Origin: Setoptus koraiensis
Taxonomy: Eukaryota > Animalia > Arthropoda
Reading direction: 5' to 3'
Assembly: GCA_048013815.1 (NCBI GenBank)
Contig: CM106586.1
Span: 12,896,001 to 12,960,000, forward strand
DNA length: 64,000 bases
Made by a program: the position numbers and the translations under genes. How positions within the stretch are numbered: the stretch's first letter is position 1; each line of letters starts with the position of its first letter. Of the stretch, positions 34,972 to 48,526 are shown piece by piece. Under the pieces are notes generated by a model. That model was not told the origin of the DNA, did not search any database, and saw only the letters and a program-made list of their open reading frames with translations.

Positions 34972-36842
34972 CGTTTGCCTCCTATGATACTATTGTGTCA
35001 TCGGCAACAATGATCCCGATCTTTTCGTGCTCATTAAAGTTGATAAAGGCAAAGAAGTGAAATAAAGTTAGAAGAAGTGACCTATGCAGAAGCAAACCTA
35101 AACAATAACGTGGAGAGTCAACAACGAATCAACAGGAGACATATATTCCCGAAAACGCTCGCTCTATATTTATACGGCAACTCATTTATCTGGTCGCTGT
35201 GTCGCAGTCAGTGTATTTATAAACTCGCTACTAAAAATAAACAAAAATCAGTTAGCTCTTTTGTGCCGTTGCCAATGCGACAGTGTCCGATCATCATTTG
35301 ACAATCATTGTTAATAATTATTAACTAATTGGTAGCAATGAATGTTCAGTTGTGGAGCGCAAGAAACGAACAACAATCACGCAATGTCATATGCATAATG
35401 TCATATAATGTGTGCCACACTCCACTTACATAATGGTAACACTACTTTAAACTTAATAGATGGCATCAATCGCACCATCGGATCATAGGAGGCACTGGCT
35501 TAAAATTGAGATTGTGATTGTGAGAAAAGAAGCTATAAATGTGTCGCTAGAGAGTAATATCTACGATTTTCAAATATGACTCGCTTCCATTCTTACGTAA
35601 TAATAATAATAGCCTTAACTAGCAAAAACTTAACTCGCTTGCCTAGCTGTTTGTCGGTGTGTCGTGATTGATGCCAGCACTATCTTTTTTTTTCTACTAT
35701 TTTCGGCTACTACTACTACGACCAATGTGATGATCGCTCGCTCGTCATGTTGCTCACAATATGTCGAGTTATTATTATGCAGTATACAGTAGATTGAATC
35801 CGACGGGATAACGTAACTGCTGTATTATAACGATGATGATGATGCACTTGAGACTTCTAGCTAGTGTCACAACAAACATTTTTGCGCTACTTCGACTCAA
35901 ACAGCATCTAGCTCTCGTTCATTGTCTCGCCATTGTCATGGTAATAATCAATAATAATATCAGTTTGCCTATCACACTTTTGCAGTCAGTTCGTTCGCGA
36001 CAGCAGACTTATGTACTTTCAAATTTAATCCTGGAGTTACGGCGCAGTCTGACATATAGACTTTTGAGGCGTCAGCTTAATATTGGCTTAATACTGAGCT
36101 AAACTAGTAGCGAAGGCAAATAGAAATGATACATTTCTCTCAATATGTTCTCTCTAACGACTGCATCCTCTCCCAACGAGTGCCCAAAGAATTCCGAACG
36201 AACGAACGAACGAAGAAAGTCCCAAACATTGACTGCTACTTCTATCTAGCTACTTTCAAGGATACAAGCATAGGGGAAAGGAAATGGAAACGAGGAAAAG
36301 CCTTGGCTTGCGAATAGGCTCGCTATACTCGAGGCAGACATTAACGTCAATCGTTAGAAAATATGCACAAGACTCTCGTTCTCTAATGATACATATTGAG
36401 GCTCCATAATTATTGACTGTATGCTCTACAAGCGCCCAGCTACCAGCTATGTCGCAAACTATAAACAAGAAGCTTCTGTCAGCGTATAAATTTGGTGGCT
36501 CGACTCAAGCTCAACACCATCAGCCAGGCAACTTCTTTCCATCACTGCGATCATCATTATTATTATTATTATTACTTTTCTCTCTATTTACATATAGAAA
36601 GCAAGCTCCATTATTAGTAGAGTATATCACAGTCAAAACAACGGCAATTCTCTAGGCTGTTGCTTATCCTTGATATAAGTTGATATAAGTCGACTGGTAA
36701 GCTCTTTTAGATTGCCTTAGTGCGCTACGATGAACGTTGTCGCCCATCGGCAAGCCCGTATTGGCAAGCCTGCAATTATCGCCCCATCATTTTTACTCAT
36801 GACAAGGTAGAGTCAGGGAGATACAAGTTAGTTTAGTGTTAG

Positions 36843-36852
36843 CTATTTTTAG
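36843..36852. promoter_or_regulatory. MEF2 consensus site CTATTTTTAG upstream of the myosin light chain coding exons
   Basis: Perfect CTA(A/T)4TAG about 370 bp before the first recognised coding exon. A second YTA(W)4TAR match (CTAAAAATAA) lies at 35231-35240. Confidence 0.45.
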
Positions 36853-37218
36853 TGTTAGTAGTTACTATTAACAGTGATTAGTGCATAAAAGTTATATCAG
36901 CTCGCACACTATAAATCTAATCAGCAAGTGGTCAATTCAGGACAACAGTTGAACATAACCTTAAACTCACAAAATGGCCAGTGTAAGTGAAATGTGAGGG
37001 CCAACACGATGCCTATTGTCATACATTGTTATCTTTGTTTATTTGATTAGTCATTATCATAAACTACACAACTACAATGACACTTCGTTGTGGTCTCATC
37101 GATGATTGCAACAACAACAGCAACAATCAGCAACTGACACAACTGACTCACTCACATTCAATCATTTCGATGAATAATCTAATTAATCTCCGCATTCATC
37201 TGATCTCTATAGGGAAAA

Positions 37219-37993
37219 ATGCGCACCGATTCAAAAAAGAGGGCTGTCCGAAGCACCTCAAATGTCTTTGCCATGTTCACCCAAAATCAGATAGCCGAGT
37301 TCAAAGAGGTAGGCCAATCTAATTCTTCTCTCTCTCTCATCATTGTCGAAATATATAAAATCACGATGTTGTTTTTTGCAGACCGTAGATTAACCTAAAC
37401 CGTTGAACCACATCAACACATACTTACGCAACGACACATCGACAGGCGTTTTCTTTCATCGATTCGGATAAAGATGGCATAATCAACAAAAATGATTTAT
37501 CCGTCACATGGGACGCTCTGGGTAGACTCGTTAAAGAGGACGACCTCAAGCAAATGCTCTCCGAGGCGCCCGGACCTATCAATTTTACAATGTTCTTGAG
37601 TATCTTCGGAGATCGCATTGCTGGTATGTCACCGAACTGAATAACGGCCTCATGGCTTGTCTCTGATAGCTCATTCAGAGAAGATTCAAGATAATAATCT
37701 CTCCTTTATATATTTGCCCAATTCTCATTCGGCTCATTTAACCTCTATCAGGAACCGACGACGAAAGCGTCATCAAGGCTGCCCTCAAGTCGTTCGAGGA
37801 TCAAAAAGACAGTGGAAAAATTGGCGAGGACAAACTGAGAAAATGCCTAACCACATGGGGCCAAAAGTTGACCGATGATGAAATCGATGCTGCGTTCGCT
37901 GAAACACCGATTGATCGTCAGGGAAATATCGACATTGAGGGTCTAGTCAGACTAATCACAGGTCGAAGCCAAGATGACAGCGAGAACGCATAA
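37219..37993 (+). CDS. Mlc2: Myosin regulatory light chain 2 (muscle type), 3 recognised exons; extra 5' exon possible
   Basis: KKRAVRSTSNVFAMFTQNQIAEFKE|AFSFIDSDKDGIINKNDL (EF hand)..EAPGPINFTMFLSIFGDRIAG|TDDESVI..LTTWGQKLTDDEID. Exons 37213-37308, 37446-37623 and 37752-37993. Confidence 0.94.
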
Positions 37994-38678
37994 GTCAATT
38001 CTTAATCCTTTCTCATCATTTTTTGTCATCTTTACAATAATCAATTGATAGTTAAACCATATAAAAGAATATAAGTGAACGCGAATGTTTGTTAATTAAT
38101 ACTAATGTGTTGCTAATAGTGGATTGAACGTTTCATTATTATTAAAATATTGGCTACTATCTATTGTGGCCGCAACGTGTGTCTAAGTTTCATCATCACG
38201 AAGACCAGATCTGTTTGTATCTCCTCACTACTTCCAATATTGCTACCAGTGGGGACTCCGACAGTCAGATAGGGTTCTCGGTTATCATGAAATTAATGGT
38301 GATATCGGAAATTTAAAGTAGTTCAAAACTAAATCACTGACAAAAAAAAATTATCGATAATCATGAAAGTGGCGACAGAGACAACTTCATGTAAACGCCA
38401 TTTGGCGAACGCGAATTTAGGCTATGAATGGCGAGTTTTGAATTCGCTCGGAGGAATCAAATAGTTCATCAATTTTATTGATTCTTAATGATTGTTGATA
38501 ACATCCTCTCGTGAGTTTAAGTTCAGCGACGGAACGCTATCATTATGTGTATAACTAACAGGTAAAATAGACCATCGACCAATGGTACATTTGGTGGCAA
38601 TTGATGAGAATCATCATCAGTATTCATGTAGTTGAATATAGTTTAAAAAAAGAATATATTTTCATCAATCAAATCGAA

Positions 38679-39907
38679 TCATCTTATTGCGGCTCCGCTA
38701 ACTTTAGAGCACTTCATCGATACTTTGGCCCTGTTGATTTCATTTGTTTTTGCCTCTTGCACTAACTTGTGCCAAGATTTAACAAGAAAATATCCAAACA
38801 GCTTCAATGGTGCCATCACAACAGTTTCGGCCAACAGCCGGAGGAATGAATTTTGTGGCATAAATGAGTTACACAAGGCCAACACTGCTCGACTTTCTAG
38901 ACCTATGACAGATGCAAATCGTTTGTTCTGTATATCACTAATTAATTGGCTGGCCACTTCAGCTGGACTGGCGATCTTGCTCGATTTTGACATTTCGACA
39001 GTGAGATGGGGCTTTGTTTTTTGTTCCTCTTCGAAGCCTGGCGTGTCTGTATCGGGAGGAAAGGCAACTGTCACGTGAATGTCGAAGGGTTGAAGTTCCA
39101 TTTGAAGGCTTTCGGCCAATCCAACTAGGGCAAATTTTGAGGCTGAGTAGGCCGAATAACCGAAGAAACTAAGTAGGCCACACAATGATGACACAAATAC
39201 TATGTGGGCACCACCATTCGTAGTTAATCTATTGTTGTTTTGGCACGACAGGGATACTTGACGCATTTTCATCACTGGCAATAGTAGACGAGTTAAATTA
39301 ACAGCCGAAAAATAGTTAACTTGCATCATGTATTCAAATTGTTGTTGGGTTGTGTCATCGAAACGTGCTGTTATTGCCTGGCCAGCACAATTGATTAGTA
39401 TGTCGCATCTGTCGTGTTCGCCCAATATTAAATCTATCAATTCTTGCTGTTGACTACTAGTATCACTGTAGGCATTGTTGGCAAATTTAATTTTAACTAG
39501 ATCCAATGACACCGCATTGATCTTCTGAATGTCCCTTCGTCGGTGCTGCATGATTTCTTTTTTGGCCTCCTCTAAATCAGTTTTGTTTCTAGCAATAATG
39601 GTCACATGCAGTCCCAATTCGGCATATTTGATGGCCAGACTTTTACCTGTTGCGTGCGTGTTGCGGTACATTGATTAGATACATATTGATTGGATGAGTT
39701 GATGATGATAAAGGATGGCAAATGTTGACAGTCGGTGCACAACTTACCTATTCCTTTAGAGCCGCCCGAAATGACAACATGCGAGCCAGTTTGGTAGCGA
39801 TATTGAATGGGGCCGTTAAAGAATTTTCGCTTGAGATATCTGGCAACGAGTATCAATGTGGCGCCTGTCAGAGCTGCGACGCTAACCGTTACAGTGACGC
39901 TTGTCAT
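38679..39907 (-). CDS. KDSR: 3-ketodihydrosphingosine reductase (SDR family), 2 exons
   Basis: N-terminal hydrophobic anchor, HVVISGGSKGI|GKSLA Rossmann motif, TIIARN, DILINCAG, MQVNYFS, IVFVSS, catalytic YSASK, FPPDTDTPGFEEEQKTKP. Confidence 0.92.
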
Positions 39908-42900
39908 GATAACCTTGGACAGCCCAGCTGTCAGTAATAAATTAATTCGTGATATAAGACGTAATAAATATTAAATATAATGACCGTTTTGAATTGATTG
40001 CAGTTTTGGACCCTTCAAACTTTCATCTCATGCCACTAATCAGCTGGTTGATTTACGGCGACAGCGACAGCACTTGTTGTTGATTGTTTGTTTCATCATT
40101 GTCCCACAGAGGACGCTAGTTGTTTGCGCTAGTTGTTGTTACTGGGGCTGACATTGGCAATGGCGAGTATTCACTTGTTCATATTCAGTATATTCACACA
40201 CGAACATATTTACTCTGATGGATTCACCAGCAAGCGAAAATTTTTTATTTATGTGAAAAGTGGTGGTGCTGACATTGAAAACACTTCGCTTGTGATTACG
40301 ACTCCCGACTTACACAAACTGACAAACGTATCGTTCGGCCTCATATATTTAGTGTGTTGTCGTCTGCGTCCAGGTAGCCGTTGCAGGGGCCCCCGTGCGA
40401 GCCAGCCCGGCAGAGTTTGCAGACGCTCCTAGTTAGCTGTTGTGACGATTGCATTGTCAACTTTTTGCATTCATCACCAAGAGCTGACACAACTGGCTAG
40501 CGAGCTATAAATTGAGCCTCGGCCGCTCTGACACTCTATGGACCTGTCTGTGATAGGCAACCATAAACCGGCGTAATTGTGTAGTCGAAAAACGATTGCC
40601 CGAACGGCGCCCGCTCTATCAAAGCCTTTTCAACTGCTCTGAATCAACATCGAGATTCCAGAACGAGTCCACGGGCCTAGCTGCGGTGTGTGCCCAGGTG
40701 AATCGCTCTGGAAATAGCCACACAAACTGTCTGGTCTGTTGGTTGGTGCGCGCCGGAGCATCGCAATTGGAAGCTGTTGGAAGTTGCAATCAACTTTCGA
40801 GCACGAAACACGAACGCGAATATCATCATTATTCATTTGCTCGCCTAGAAGCCGAGCGCCTCAATTGTTGAGCCACTTGACATTGAGTGGGCTAGCGATT
40901 GTCACTGGTTGTCTTACATTTGTCAGCGCTGGCCCCCAAACACAAAGCCAAGTGGCGGCCCCAAATTGCGCGATTGTCGCAGCGACGTCGTTGGCTATTG
41001 TTGGTCACGTCGGCGTGTATCTTTCGAGTAAAACTGTCCCGTCGCTATAAATAACACTGTCCATGGACCGGGCTGGCCGGCGCACACGAACATTAATCCC
41101 GTAATGATATTCTAGGCAGGCAGGCAGGCGGACGGGCGGCCAAGGAGAGAGGCGAGTCGAGCCCGCTTGCAATCATCATATTCATCTCGGAATATTTCCT
41201 TCTTTTGTCCCGCTCTCTCTCTCTCTCTCTCTCTCTCGCTCAGTCCATTACCCGGCGTTTATTGTGGGCACGTATCGCAAGAAGGGGCCCGAGAGGCACC
41301 CGGCCGTATCTGTCGTGATCTGGCATTCATCGGCGCCACGGTGCAGCGAAATGTGTCGTGAAATAAAAAATAAGATAAACATGACCAAAAAGCGGGCAGA
41401 GGCACGCGTTGGCAGCGGCGAGAGGCTGCATATCTTTATGTGTGTCAACTCGTGCAACTCGATATTGAATCAGTGAATATAAGCGAGCTGCACGAGTCAG
41501 CCCAACGACGAGCCCAACAGAGCCTCGGCCGTGTTTGCATGCTTGTCGCCTATTACTGGCACCGAAGCGCCTAAAACGGAGCCTCAAAATAGACTGTCCA
41601 CAATTGACTGCCTGGCTGGTTGCTGGATGGTCGGGCGGCCGAGCGCAAATTTTGCAGCAAATCAAATTAAATGACAACATTCAGTTTGCGAGCTTGCCGG
41701 CGCCTGCTGGCCAGTCGGCTATCGGGGCCACACGAACGGGGCCAAAAGCCAACGGGCCAGCTAGCTATTAAGTTGCATACATAATTTGATGTTTGCGGTT
41801 GGGTGTCAGAAAGTCGCACAAAGGGGGCGAATGGAGCCGAACGGGAGCAGGGTTCCTCTGGACTCCAGAGTCTGGAGTCGGTTCGCTGGGCTTCCGCTGT
41901 CCATTACAGACTGGCTGTAGTTTGGAATTTGCCCAGCGAGCCAGCCAGGCGCGTTGGCGAGTCGCCGAAGGGCGAGCTCGATGATACAAGCTGCCCGTCT
42001 ATTCGAGAGGGCGTTTGTATTTGGCAAGATGCCGCTGGCGAGCTGGCAAACTGTTCAACTGGCGACGCAGCCAGCTAAATAGAGCATGAGAGTTGCGTTC
42101 AAGTTGCGCGCCACATCCACGCTACATGTTTCCATTTTGGGGCCCCTCGAGACACAATTACACAATCGGCTCGGCGTGAGCCATCATTGTTGGCCAGCCA
42201 GTCAGCATTGTTGGCGAGCCAGCCAGCCAGCCTGCCAGTGTTTTTCTAGTAGTAATACAAAGTCCAGTGGCGAGGGATAGAGTTGCATCATTGGGTAGCA
42301 GCGTGGCCAATGGGATTGGTAATTAATGGATGGCGTTGCAAAACAAATGTCGTATGCAAGCCGTACATATTGTGTATTGGGCGCGCGCGCGTGCCCCTGA
42401 CAGAAATAGCGCGCCATTTGGCCGTCGATTGGCCGGTCGTGTTGTTACGATCAAGTTGCCAAGACCAAGAAGAGTTGTAATGGGGCCGCCAACGGTATTA
42501 GCCATTGGCGATTGTGTGGCACGAGCAGTATCATCATAACAGGTTATTTGTGGCTGCACAACACACTGTCACATAATGGCCGAAACGTTTTAGAAGCGTG
42601 TCAAGTGGCCTAACGGGGCCCGCTCAACTGGCCACTGGAAATGAGCAGTTGCGCTGGACAGTTTGTTGTATATTTGTCAACAAAACAGACACCAACCTTT
42701 CTGGCTGGCCAGTCACACACACACATACAATACTGTTGTCGTTGTCGTTGTCGTTGTTGTTGTTGTTGTCGTTGCTGTTGTTGTTTGTGTGTTACGTAAC
42801 AACACAAAGCAGTACTGGCGCGCACTGGCACGTACTGGCAAAAGTATTGCAGTAAACTGTATAAAGTGTGTCGCCTATAGGAACAACGGTCCACAATGGC

Positions 42901-43064
42901 CGCCAAGCTAAGCCTGTCACAAATATAGTGGCGAAAATATAGAGTTTGAAGTGGCTCTCGAGCACGCCAAGTTGGCTGTCAGTTTGGCACGCCAGGCCCG
43001 TGCCAGTTGCCAGTGGATACGAAAAAGATTTTGCTCCGACCGATTTATTGTCTCTAGCTGCGCC

Positions 43065-43095
<31 letters not shown>

Positions 43096-43145
43096 CTCTC
43101 TCATATATATCTCTCTCATATATATCTCTCTCATATATATCTCTC
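43065..43145. repeat. (CT)n followed by a 15-bp tandem repeat CTCTCTCATATATAT x4
   Basis: Four perfect units at 43081-43140. Confidence 0.9.
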
Positions 43146-44811
43146 TTATGGACTCATAGTGCGCCAGCTAACAATGCCCCAGTCACTTGTGTGTCCCTCT
43201 ATTGGCCATTCATTGCATTTATCCCGTGTGCCAAGCCATTAGGGCTAAAAGTTTTTCGCTGAAATGAAATTGAGTTAGCCACTTAGCAACTTGCCTACTG
43301 TCAGTGTCAGGTCGTCTGCAGACTTTGTTAGTTCCTGTAATGCCTTTCCAGTGGCTTATTGGCCCATTGAAAATAGACACACAGAGACGCCATGCGACTG
43401 TTTCATACAATTAGAAGGGAGGCGCCCCCCTCTGTCACTTAGGTACAAATCTCATCAAATTAACGTTAGATCACTTATAAGTAATAACGTTGATATCTTC
43501 CATTGGACGATCCGAAGGACAATTGCGCCCTCTGAGCCATGTGAATCCACTCATAGTGACTGCACACACAAGTGACGCACGACATCCGCCTGACAGTTGT
43601 CAGTGTTTGTTTTTGTTTCACACAATGTTGCGTCGATTGGCCGCGAGAGGCGCTTGTGCACCTGTATCGCACTAGTTGTGTGGCACGCTTTCTTGTATAA
43701 CTGCAGTCGCTCGCTGTCGTCGCCAGAGCGATATTCGTAATTGCAAGTTCAATCGAACCCTTCGAACGGGCCCCCGAACGGTGTCGCTGTGAAGAGTTGA
43801 CAATCTAAATTTAAATTTAAATTTGAATTTATATTTGTATGTATATTTAAATTGGATGATTCGCAGTGGCACGAGAGAATAAAAGCACCTTTAGTCGCAT
43901 CTGTCGAGTCGCCAGTTTGATGGGATCCATTTTGGGGTGCCAGCAAGCTGCGAATTGCTAGTGTGCTGGCGAAAACATCGCACCAACTCGGTGCAGTTGA
44001 ACAAACGTTCGGTTGTGTATGTAATCCTGTGTCTAAGTATAGTAGTGCGTAATATACAGCGCAGGCAGGGGCCAGATCATTTGCACATTTGAGACAAAAG
44101 CGGCGCTCTAGTTCTGGCGACAGTATAGCTGGCGTGGCCCAAAGTCGAGCCGAGCCGATCTCGTGCGAGCTCGTGGCGGGCCCAAAATGAGCCGAAATCA
44201 CTGGAATGAGTCGAATCAGCGGAAGCCAGCTTGAAGCCGCAGAAACCTGGCTAAACCCGGCCAATGCTGCAGATATCACCTGGCCACTATCTGTGCAATC
44301 TATGGGGCCCAATCATGTACAAACTGGCAGCATAACACAGCCTCTTGTCACAGTCAGCTGTAGCTGGCTCAAAAGGAGCCTCGTTTGCCTGACTACGCCA
44401 TTAACATAATAATGATGGCTATCTCGCTATGTGTGTATATGCATGCTATCAGGCATGTATAAATAAATACTGTACTACTGGGGTATTGGGTATGGTTGGT
44501 ATTGGGCGCAATATAGGCCACGGTTGAAACGGGGCGAGAATTTGGAATTTCGAAATTCGCCGACCGCCAATGACAACAACTGCACCACTAACAACAATAA
44601 TCAAACAACAACAGCAACAGCAACAGCCAACAAGCGACAACAACCGCCAAACAACAACAACTGGCAAACAACAGCAACTGGCAAACAATCGGCCAGAGCA
44701 GGGGCGACAACAGCAACCTAACGGCGACAACGAAAGCCACTCACATTACACAGACGACGCTGCGGCGAGCTAGATGACAGTATGTTGTCGGCGTGCAACG
44801 TCGGGCCGGCG

Positions 44812-44949
44812 CTTGCTGTTGCTGTTGTCGCCGTTGTTGCTGTTGTCGCCGTTGTTGCTGTTGTCGCCGTTGTTGCTGTTGTCGCCGTTGTCGCCGTTGT
44901 TGCTGTTGTCGCTGTTGTCGCCGTTGTCGCCGTTGTTGCTGTTGTCGCT
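44812..44949. repeat. Triplet-periodic tandem array (GTC/GCC/GTT/GCT; 9/18-bp units)
   Basis: Repeated GTCGCCGTTGTTGCTGTT; it produces the TATTAT and VVAVVA ORFs in the track. Confidence 0.9.
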
Positions 44950-45341
44950 GACAGTGATGAATGTGTATTATTAAACAGTCTAAATGTCAACTTTTGGGGC
45001 CGGGCCCAGTTCGTGTGGCGCACACTGCAGCGAGGCCCGCTGCAGACCCTCGAACTCGTGCTCCAGTTTGCGTTTGTGCCAAGCCCGGCGCCACCGGAGC
45101 TCGCTCAAATCTCTGTTCGGTTTTAGTTTTTATTTTCAACCGTTGCTGTGCGCCATTCCTAACACGATTGCCATCGGGGCCCCACAAGCCTAATGGCAAC
45201 TTGAGCTGGCTGGCGCGGCCAGCTCATCAAGCTCGCGCGTTTGTGTCTCGTGCTCCGGCTCGCCTCGTTGTACATTTTGCACGCTCGTTCATTGCGGAGG
45301 CGCAATGAAGCGGGCCCAACTCTCACACGAGCCCCCAATAA

Positions 45342-45442
45342 GTCGGCCCAGTGTCGGCCCAGTGTCGGCCCAGTGTCGGCCCAGTGCCGGCCCCAGTGCC
45401 GGCCCCAGTGCCGGCCCCAATGTCGCCCCAATGTCGGGCCAA
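45342..45442. repeat. 11/12-bp GGCCC minisatellite (GTCGGCCCAGT then GCCGGCCCCAGT)
   Basis: About four 11-bp units, three 12-bp units, then degenerate units. Confidence 0.9.
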
Positions 45443-46377
45443 CGCACACGATCGCGATGGGCGCCAGCTAACTGGCTAACGACGTTGCGCTTGTTGTCGA
45501 GCTATGTGGCGTATGCAATTGTGCCCAACGCAGCCGCGCCAGCCAAGAGTTTGCTAACTGTTTCTCGGAACAGCTCGAGCCATGAGAAACTCACATTCTC
45601 AGCCCGTGCAACTGTGCGCGCGCCAGCCCTAACGAGGCCGCCTCCCTCCCTTGGCCGGGCCAGCCTCCTGTGGGCCCCTTTTGGGCCCCTTTCGGGCATA
45701 TTTGGCTCTCGAGCGCTGGCATCGGCGGACAACAATTACGGCCAACTGGCGCCCCCGTGCCCGTCTAACTGCACTTGCAGCTGTCCAAAGAGAGAGAGAG
45801 AGAGAGAGTCGACCACTGACCGCCGGCCAGAGCCACATATCAATTTTGGCCGCAATATTGGCGCCCCTCTATTGGCCCAATTGGCAATTTGTGATTGCCT
45901 GCCCCCTCTCTACTGGGCGCAATCCTTTTTCCGTTTGTTATCTTGCTTATCGTGTTTATCATCACGGCAGATTGATAATATTGCTCGGCGTGCCCGTGCA
46001 ATAGCGCCAATTGGCCAAGCCCGGCGCCAGCTAACGGCAACCATCGAAGATTATGTCGACTGTGCTTTATCCGGCGCGTTGTCTTTAACTTTGTCTAGCT
46101 TGCCAGCGCACACAACTAACACTGGCGCTAGCACTACTTACCTAGCCGCCACTGCCAATAATACCGTTGCTGTTGGCGCTGTCAGTCTAGTTATAATATC
46201 AGAGCTTAGTCACGCCAGCTCGAGTCGCTGGCGGAGTCGCAATTGAAAAGGGGCCAATAACGCCAGAGGACACACGAACAATACCGTTATATTTGGCACA
46301 GTTGGGCCCGTCGCGGTATCGCGTCGGGCCTCTACCAACTATCGATACTCTCTTTATGTTTGCTCTTTAGTTTTATT

Positions 46378-46404
46378 TGCCGTTTCGCTTGCCGTTGTTG
46401 CCGC

Positions 46405-46448
<44 letters not shown>

Positions 46449-46536
46449 CTGTTGCCGCTGTTGCCGCTGTTGCCGTTGTTGCTGCTGCCGCTGTTGCTGT
46501 TGTCGTTGTTGCCGTTGTTGTTGTTGCCGCTGCTGT
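46378..46536. repeat. 9-bp tandem array (GCCGTTGTT/GCCGCTGTT)
   Basis: Directly visible; it produces the CCR, LLP, GNN and TAA-type ORFs in the track. Confidence 0.9.
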
Positions 46537-46959
46537 CGGTGTGTCGCTGCTGGGGCCCGGGCAGCGAGCGTGGCCAGGCGAGCGTGGCAAGCGGCGAAAC
46601 AAAATGAGCCAACGTTTCAACTGCACACGAAACAAAGGGGCCAGCCGAAGAAAGAATCGCTTCGAATCGCTCCGAATTCGGTTTAGTTTGTAACGGCTCC
46701 GATTCGAGAACTGGCGACTGTAACGGGCGACTGTAACGATTGTGACGGGCGGGATAGCCTAACGGGCCGAGGCAAATAACTCAACTGGCGACAGCACTGA
46801 GCGGCGAGCGGAGGGGCCCCACAATCATTGTGGCACAATGGCCCGATGATCGGCATGTGAGCGGGCCCGCGGCGGCCCAACGGGCTGAACGAAGTACAAT
46901 TGGCTCGCGCAGCATTGCGCTACATTATTACATCATAATGGCCCGTTCGTTGGCTGTCG

Positions 46960-47041
46960 GGCCGGCTCACTGTCGGTCTGTCTGGCTGGCTCACTGTCGG
47001 TCTGTCGGGCCGGCTGACTGTCGGTTTGACGGGCCGGCTGG
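46960..47041. repeat. 24-bp degenerate tandem repeat GGCCGGCTCACTGTCGGTCTGTCG, about 3.4 copies
   Basis: Units at 46960, 46984 and 47008, with a partial unit at 47032. Confidence 0.85.
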
Positions 47042-47314
47042 TTGAGGCCGCATTGAGCTCGTGCCGCCAATGGGGCTGCATCAGTCAGTCTCGCAATTGT
47101 CAGTGATACTTTGCTGGCGCCATTAAGTGAGTTACGTTGGTGTGTGTGGGTCATTGTACAAAAGCAAAACTGAATTGTCAAACAGGCGCTGAACGAGGGC
47201 GCCATTTACACAAGTGGCGCCACGTTGTCTTGTGTGTTATGTAATTTATATAATAATCTTGCTGCCTGGCAACATTGCTGCCAACTGCGAATGCCAACGC
47301 AATGAGGCCAGCGG

Positions 47315-47376
47315 AATGAGGGGCCAGCTCAATGAGGGGCCAGCTCAATGAGGGGCCAGCTCAATGAGGGGCCAGC
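47315..47376. repeat. 16-bp tandem repeat AATGAGGGGCCAGCTC, about 4 copies
   Basis: Units at 47315, 47331, 47347 and 47363. Confidence 0.9.
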
Positions 47377-48526
47377 GAACTGCAACTCAAGTGGATAACG
47401 TGCATTGGGGCGCCAAGACACATACGTGTGCGGCGGCCCCGTGGTACGTGGTACAACGTATCACGCATAACACAACACCAATACATATTACATAATACAT
47501 AATATTAGCGGTAATATAGTCGTGATATTAGCCCAATGCATGTAGCATGTGTGTGTGTGCCAATACCGTCGGGCACACATATGGTACATGGTATGGGCCC
47601 CCCGTACCCCGTACCCGTCGGCGTAACAACAGCGCCAGACACCGGATACAACATATGCGCAGGCATGAAACTGGGCACCAGACTCTGGCGATCAGAGGAT
47701 AAAACAAGCGCGCATCGTTGCGGGCTCAGTCTATCCCTATCCGTGCTATTATAGCAATGCTATAATAGCACTGCTATAGGGTCGCTTTGCCAGGGGCCCA
47801 GTCGATGATTGAATTGACTCATTGATTTGAAATTGCGCTTGCAGGGCGCGTCTTCGCCACTGTGCCGGCCGCCTTGATCCCGGGCCCACTGGGCCGGCTC
47901 GATGCGGGCCCCGTGGGCCCCGAAGTCACCCGTTATCTACAATGTGAATAACGGTTTACAACGACGGTTACGTCATAAGCTGCTGCACTCTGCCAGTCAT
48001 ACCGTGCAAGTCATACCATGCAAGTTGTATCATACGAGTTATATCGTACACGTTATATCATACACGTTATATCATACGAGTTATATGAGACAAGCGAGCA
48101 GCAGTGCATGTCGCTGGCCGGCTGGCTTGATGACCATGATGATGGCGCAAAATGATAATGAAATTATTTCATGTAACATTATTAGCGTTGGTTGTAAGAT
48201 GAGCAGGCAGACAAAAACACCCAGATAGCATCGGTGGCTGGGGCCCACGGTAGCGCCAGAATATCCGATAGGAGTCATTAGTAGCGGGCATAATGAGCAG
48301 CTTGGCATCTTCATGCTGCGCTGCCTTGTACAAACTGCTGGCTCGAGTCGGGCCGCTATTTGCGCCCAGATATATGTTTATGTCAAGCAAACGACTACAC
48401 TGACGCCATCTATGCCGACTGCTAGCGGAACCGTTCGGATTATAACATGGGCAAACATTACGCAATACATTTTTGGTGTTGCCATGTAATGTGTGTGTAA
48501 GGCGCATAATCTGCACGGTGGCCTCT

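Noticed and set aside
40625-40715. Possible orphan terminal exon on - (ERFTWAHTAARPVDSFWNLDVDSEQLKRL*) after a TTTCCAG acceptor
   Set aside because: No partner exons or family recognised, and it is not evidently preserved in the duplicated copy near 51.7 kb.
45305-46246. 313-aa ORF on the + strand
   Set aside because: Starts in the GGCCC minisatellite, crosses a (GA)n tract and has no recognisable motif; long ORFs are expected by chance in GC-rich DNA.
44449-46686. Poly-TAT, VVA, CCR, LLP and GNN ORFs
   Set aside because: All frames are open because of stop-free triplet arrays; no splice or homology support.
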